Source of the DNA: Polyangiaceae bacterium
GTDB taxonomy: Bacteria; Myxococcota_A; Polyangia; Polyangiales; Polyangiaceae
Reading direction: 5' to 3'
DNA: 64,000 nucleotides
NCBI GenBank assembly: GCA_035063585.1
Contig: JAPSGB010000010.1
Location: forward strand, 60,020 to 124,019
Notes under the pieces: model-generated
Seen by the model: the letters and a program-made list of their open reading frames with translations, nothing else
Databases searched by the model: none
What the model was told of the DNA's origin: nothing
Shown: piece after piece, positions 59,654 to 64,000 of the stretch
Numbering within the stretch: the first letter of the stretch is position 1
Layout of the letters: each line of letters opens with the position of its first letter
Made by a program: the position numbers and the translations under genes

Positions 59654-60919
59654 ATGGTCGCCCGAACCCGCGTCGCCGCCGCGCTCCTCGCGCTGTCTTC
59701 CCCTCTTGGTTTTTGTCGGTGCGGCGCGGAACCGCCCGCCTCGACGCGCGCCGCTGCTGCGCGCGGGCCGGACGCGCCCGCGGTGTTCGACGACGCGCGG
59801 GCTGGCGTGTCGAGCGCTGCGCGCGGGCCGGACGCCGCCATCGAAGCCGGCGCCATCGAAGCCGATTCATCCGTTATAACGGACGAGTGTCCGTCGTGTG
59901 ACGCTGGCGAGACCGGCGCGAACGGCGCGCCGGCGCGCCGCGTCGGCTTCGCGCTCGACGTCGAGGACGACGTCGCGGCCTTCGATCTCGCGAGCGGCGA
60001 GACGCTCGCGGTGTTTCGCTTCGGCGGCCTGGTGACCGACTTGTGCTGGGACGCGCCCCGCGAGCGGCTCGTGTTCGCGCAGACGGACGGCTGGGCCGAC
60101 GGCAGCCGGGTGTACGCGCTGAGGTACGACGGCGCGCTCACGCTCCGCGCCGCGTCGGACGCGCTCCCCGCCGGCGCGCGGCTCGCGTGCGCGAGCGCGG
60201 GCGTGGTGGTCGTCGCGTCGGACGCCGGGCTCGCGTCCTGGACGCTGCTCGATGAGTCACTCGCGCCGGTGGGCGAGCCCGCGTCCTTGCCCGAGGTCGC
60301 GTCGCTGGTCGTGGCGGGGCCCGCCGCGCTCGTCGCGCTCGCGCGGCACGAGTGGGTGAGCGGCGCGCACCACGACGCGCTGCTCCGCGCGGACGCGCCG
60401 GGCGGCGCGTGGACGACCGCGCGCGCGCTCCTCCCGGACGACCCGGACACGTCGCTCCGGCTCGCACCCGGCGAGGACGCGAGCGAGGCGTGGCTGGCCA
60501 GCCGCTCGCGCGCGGGCGGCCGGCTCGCGCTCGCGCGGCTCGCGCTCGCCACGCTCACGGTCGCGCCGCCGGTGGAGGTCGCGCTCGAGCTGGGTGCCGG
60601 CGAGCTCGTCGACGCCCTCTCGCTGCCGGAGGCGGCCGCGGTCGCGCTGCTCGTGGAGACGACCGCGGGCGCCACGCTCGCCGTGGCGCCGACCGAGCCG
60701 GGGGGCCGCGTGACGAGCGCGTATCTCGACGATCACGCGGCCGCCGGGGAGCGGGTCCTGCACGCGCTCGCGCTCGAGCGGGAGACGGGGCGCGTCCTGG
60801 TCGGGACGCGCGCGCGCCTCGCCGCGTTCACGCCGAGCGGGGCGCCGGGCGCGCCCGCGCTCGCGCGCGACCGCGCGTTCGTGGCGACCGGGCTCCACGC
60901 CCCGGTCGCGCTCCCCTGA
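59654..60919 (+). CDS. Hypothetical exported protein, possible beta-propeller
   Basis: Hydrophobic N-terminus with Cys, repeated beta-strand-like segments; start uncertain. Confidence 0.6.
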   Translation: MVARTRVAAALLALSSPLGFCRCGAEPPASTRAAAARGPDAPAVFDDARAGVSSAARGPDAAIEAGAIEADSSVITDECPSCDAGETGANGAPARRVGFALDVEDDVAAFDLASGETLAVFRFGGLVTDLCWDAPRERLVFAQTDGWADGSRVYALRYDGALTLRAASDALPAGARLACASAGVVVVASDAGLASWTLLDESLAPVGEPASLPEVASLVVAGPAALVALARHEWVSGAHHDALLRADAPGGAWTTARALLPDDPDTSLRLAPGEDASEAWLASRSRAGGRLALARLALATLTVAPPVEVALELGAGELVDALSLPEAAAVALLVETTAGATLAVAPTEPGGRVTSAYLDDHAAAGERVLHALALERETGRVLVGTRARLAAFTPSGAPGAPALARDRAFVATGLHAPVALP

Positions 60920-60941
60920 CCTGCTCGGCGACCGGGCTCGC

Positions 60942-63005
60942 TCAGTCGCAGCGGACGAGCGGCGCGACGGGCGCGAAGGAGCGGTTCTTCACCGGCGCGC
61001 ACAGGTTTTCCCCCAGGCACTCCTTCTTGCCGCCCGAGGTCGTCTGGTAGCAGAGCTGACCCGCGGGGCAGCCACCGGTGCAGTCCGCGAGCGGGACCTT
61101 CGGGAAGCGCGTGTTCGGGTAGCACGCCTGGCCCGCGCCGCAGGCGGACGCGCAGCTCGCGCTCGGGAGCGCGGCGACCGCGTCGAGATCGGTCATCGCC
61201 GTCTCGAGCACGCCCTTCAAGGTGGCGTAGTCCTGGTCGAGCTTGTTCGCGGAGGATGAGGTGGCCACGCAGAGGAACTTGCTCACCCCGCAGATGTTCA
61301 TCGTGTCGCAGCCGGGCGCGGCAGGCGCCGCGGCGACCAACCCGGCGTCGCCGTAGAGCACGGCGCCGCCCACCATGACGAGCCGCACGTCCTTCGGGCG
61401 CGCGGCGAGGACGGCGTCGTAGGGCTTCGAGGTGTCGCCGCCGATGACGAAGAGATCGGCGTAGAGCCCCGCTGCGATCGAGCCGATGTACGCCTCCGAG
61501 GCGAGCGCCTTGGCGCCGTTCTTGGTGGCCATCACCACCAGAGCCTTGGCCGACAGCTGGTCTCCGAAACGCGCGTCGTCCCACGCGTTCGCGAAGCGGA
61601 GCTCATCGAGCATGTTTTGACTCCCGCCCATCGACCAGTCCGGGCCGAGCGCGATGGTGAGCCCGAGGCTCAGCGCCAGCGGGATGTCGGCGGTCACGCC
61701 GTAGAGCGCGACGTTCGAGGCGGGCGACCAGGTGAGCTTCATCCCGTGGTCGGCCATGATCTGAAACTCGGCGGCGCCGAACGCGACCCCGTGGGTGATG
61801 GTGGTCTCGGGAGCGTAGAGGCAATCGACGGGATCGGTGAGCGAGCCGAGCGTCGCGAACTCGCTCGCCGCCCCCGAGGCCGGCGTGCCCTCGCCGAGGT
61901 GGGTGAGGTAGGCCTGGGTGGTCCCGCTCGTGATGTTGCTGCAGACGCTCTGCGCGGAGGCCTTCGAGGGTGGGGTGCCCACGTTGGTCTGGATGCGGGC
62001 CTTGCCCTCCGGGCCGTTCTCGATGTCGATCGAGCGCGCGAGCGAGGAGAGGCACGCCGTGTTACCGGTGCCGGGCAGCCCGACGATCGAGGTGGTGCCT
62101 GCGATGAGGCCCTTCAACTCCCCCCACTTGTCGAGCTCGCAGCGCAGCATCCCCGCGCCGTCGTACTTCTGCGGGCACCAGGTCGGCTTGCCCTGCGAGG
62201 CGTCTTCGAGGCACTGCTTGTAGTCGAGCATGAGCCCGTACTCGGGCTCGAGCGTCCACTGGGTGTGGCTCTGGTAGCGGCAGCGGTTATCGACGCAGTC
62301 GCACCGGTTACTCTTGCAGTTGTTCGCGCCGGTGTTGCAGTCCGCGGCCGTCGAGCAGCTCGTCGGGATGTTCGGCACCCAGTCGTCGTCGTCGAAGACG
62401 TCGAACAAGATGTGGTTGTGCGTGTCGATGAGCCCGGGCAAAATGATGCCGTGGGTGTCGATGACGGTCGCGCCGCTCGCGCGGGGGTGGCTCTCACACG
62501 CGCTACCGGGCTCGGCGCACGCGATCATCTTGCCATCCACCAAGACCTCTCCGTCGTAGTCGGTGTCGGGGGTGACCACGCGGCCGATGAGCAGGAACCG
62601 ATCCGCCGCGCCGGGTGTGATGGTGGCTGGTTCGCCGCTGCTCGTCCCGGCGCCGCCGCTCGCGCCCGCGCTCCCGCCCGCTCCCGCGTTGCCACTCGCT
62701 CCCGCGCTCCCGCTCGCTCCCGCGTTGCCGCTCGCTCCCGCGCTCCCGCCCGCTCCCGCGTTGCCGCTCGCTCCCGCGCTCCCGCCCGCTCCCGCGCTCC
62801 CGCTCGTTCCCGCGTTGCCGCTCGCTCCCGCGCTCCCGCTCGTTCCCGCGCTCCCGCCCGTTCCCGCGTTGCCGCTCGCTCCCGCGTTGCCGCTCGCTCC
62901 CGCGCTCCCGCTCGCTCCGCCTCCCGAGGCGTCGTCGGTGCCGCACGCCGCGAGCGAGAGGAGCGCGGCCGCAGACGCGAGAGCCGCCATGAAGCGTGTT
63001 TGCAT
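60942..63005 (-). CDS. Amidohydrolase-superfamily lipoprotein with Gly/Ala linker and Cys-rich inserts
   Basis: LAAC lipobox; ILPGLIDTHNH, THLGEG, THGV, WSPASN, LGPDW, MATKNGAKAL, GSIAAGLYADL. Confidence 0.88.
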   Translation of the reverse strand: MQTRFMAALASAAALLSLAACGTDDASGGGASGSAGASGNAGASGNAGTGGSAGTSGSAGASGNAGTSGSAGAGGSAGASGNAGAGGSAGASGNAGASGSAGASGNAGAGGSAGASGGAGTSSGEPATITPGAADRFLLIGRVVTPDTDYDGEVLVDGKMIACAEPGSACESHPRASGATVIDTHGIILPGLIDTHNHILFDVFDDDDWVPNIPTSCSTAADCNTGANNCKSNRCDCVDNRCRYQSHTQWTLEPEYGLMLDYKQCLEDASQGKPTWCPQKYDGAGMLRCELDKWGELKGLIAGTTSIVGLPGTGNTACLSSLARSIDIENGPEGKARIQTNVGTPPSKASAQSVCSNITSGTTQAYLTHLGEGTPASGAASEFATLGSLTDPVDCLYAPETTITHGVAFGAAEFQIMADHGMKLTWSPASNVALYGVTADIPLALSLGLTIALGPDWSMGGSQNMLDELRFANAWDDARFGDQLSAKALVVMATKNGAKALASEAYIGSIAAGLYADLFVIGGDTSKPYDAVLAARPKDVRLVMVGGAVLYGDAGLVAAAPAAPGCDTMNICGVSKFLCVATSSSANKLDQDYATLKGVLETAMTDLDAVAALPSASCASACGAGQACYPNTRFPKVPLADCTGGCPAGQLCYQTTSGGKKECLGENLCAPVKNRSFAPVAPLVRCD
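62655..62920 (-). repeat. Degenerate 9/18/27-bp tandem repeats encoding G-x-x linker (GASGNAGASGSA)
   Basis: Directly visible (CCCGCGTTGCCGCTCGCT / CCCGCGCTCCCGCTCG units). Confidence 0.85.
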
Positions 63006-63085
63006 GGCGTGCATTCTACGCGATCTTCACCGAGCGTGGCGCGTTCGGCTGGCACTCGCGGTAAAGGAGCGGTATTCACGCGGCC

Positions 63086-63769
63086 ATGCCCACGACCACG
63101 CCGCTTCCGCCGAAGAAGGACGTCGCGCTCGCGCTGCTCGAGAACTCGACGGTGTTCGTCCACCTCGATCCTCGCATCGACGAAGTGCGCGTGCCGGCGT
63201 GGTTCAAGAAGCAGCCGCAGCTCGTCCTCCAGATCGGCCTCAACATGCCGGTGCCGATCACGGACTTGAACCTCGACGAGGAGTCGGTGTCCTGTACGCT
63301 GAGCTTCAGCCGCTCGCCGTTCTTCTGCTTCATCCCGTGGCACTCCGTGTACGCGCTGGTCGGTGAGGATGGGCGCGGGATGGTGTGGCCGGACGACGTG
63401 CCGCCCGAGGTCACCGCCAAGACGTCCGAGGCGCCACCGCCGAAGGTCGCAGAGCGCCCGCGCCTGCGCGCAGTCCCCGCGTCGGGCGAGCCCGCGCCGG
63501 CCGCCGCCGAGCTCGCGCCCGCCGCGGAGACGGCCCCGGCCAAGCCGACCCGCAAGCGTACGCGCAAGAAGCCGGCGATCGCCGCCGCCGCGCCGCCGAA
63601 GGCGAAGGGCGAGACGCCAGCCGCGCCGCCGAAGGCGAAGGGCAAGCCGCCAGCCGCGCCGCCGAAGGCGAAGGACGAGACGCCCGCGGCTCCGGCCGCG
63701 GCGAAGCGCGCCGGCGCCACCGATAAGAAGAAGCGCGAGCTCCCGCCCTACCTGCGCGTCGTGAAGTAG
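63086..63769 (+). CDS. sspB: ClpXP adaptor SspB (myxobacterial type)
   Basis: VFVHLD, LVLQIG, CTLSFSR..CFIPW.SVYAL, C-terminal YLRVVK ClpX-binding motif. Confidence 0.85.
   Translation: MPTTTPLPPKKDVALALLENSTVFVHLDPRIDEVRVPAWFKKQPQLVLQIGLNMPVPITDLNLDEESVSCTLSFSRSPFFCFIPWHSVYALVGEDGRGMVWPDDVPPEVTAKTSEAPPPKVAERPRLRAVPASGEPAPAAAELAPAAETAPAKPTRKRTRKKPAIAAAAPPKAKGETPAAPPKAKGKPPAAPPKAKDETPAAPAAAKRAGATDKKKRELPPYLRVVK
63587..63685 (+). repeat. 33-bp tandem repeat x3 (AAPPKAK[G/D]xxP)
   Basis: Directly visible in the SspB linker. Confidence 0.85.
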
Positions 63770-63813
63770 CGCTCAGCGGCGAGAGGGGTCTTGTCGGTTC
63801 GGCGCGGAACCGC

Positions 63814-64000
63814 TCAGCCGCCGCCCGCGGTTCCCGCCGCGCCGGAGGTTCCCGCGCCACCCGCGGTTCCCGCCGCGCCGGCGTGACCGGCCGCGCCGGA
63901 GGTTCCCGCCGCGCCGGCGTGACCGGCCGCGCCGGAGGTTCCCGCCGCGCCGGCGCTGCCGCTCGCGCCCGCGACGCCGGCCGCGCCGGCCTGACCCCCC
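63814..64000 (-). CDS. 3' end of a protein with Gly/Ala-rich C-terminal repeats (partial)
   Basis: Minus frame GGQAGAAGVAGASGSAGAAGTSGAAGHAG...GTAGGG ending TGA at 63814-63816. Confidence 0.6.
   Translation of the reverse strand, partial: GGQAGAAGVAGASGSAGAAGTSGAAGHAGAAGTSGAAGHAGAAGTAGGAGTSGAAGTAGGG

Overview
A very GC-rich bacterial chromosome segment, almost certainly from a myxobacterium (Myxococcota, Polyangiales-like). The assignment rests on a MYXO-CTERM protein, many Gly/Ala-linker lipoproteins, a PEGA-type Ser/Thr kinase and a myxobacterial-type SspB. The window holds about 50 densely packed CDS and one tRNA-Arg(TCT). I saw no transposase, integrase, prophage or CRISPR array. Housekeeping genes include tilS, ftsH, cca, lolE-like, aat, trmO, uppS, sixA and sspB. 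The most notable items are: (1) a translationally coupled four-gene operon (C39-like peptidase, RLAN/RimK ATP-grasp ligase, GCS2 glutamate ligase, N-formylglutamate amidohydrolase-like) that looks like an uncharacterised peptide ligation/removal system and converges on aat; (2) a DUF2239-SnoaL fusion gene with a probable leaderless sigma70 promoter overlapped by two TACCCGGGTA-like boxes, suggesting DUF2239 is a ribbon-helix-helix autoregulator; (3) a cassette of MYXO-CTERM peptide, His-rich membrane protein and hybrid kinase; (4) a dispersed ~25-bp motif with core CGGCGCGGAACC; (5) a catalytically degenerate ABC-ATPase operon divergent from a CglD-like TSP3/VWA adhesin. All calls come from reading the sequence and ORF track by eye, no database searches were run, and start codons are best estimates.
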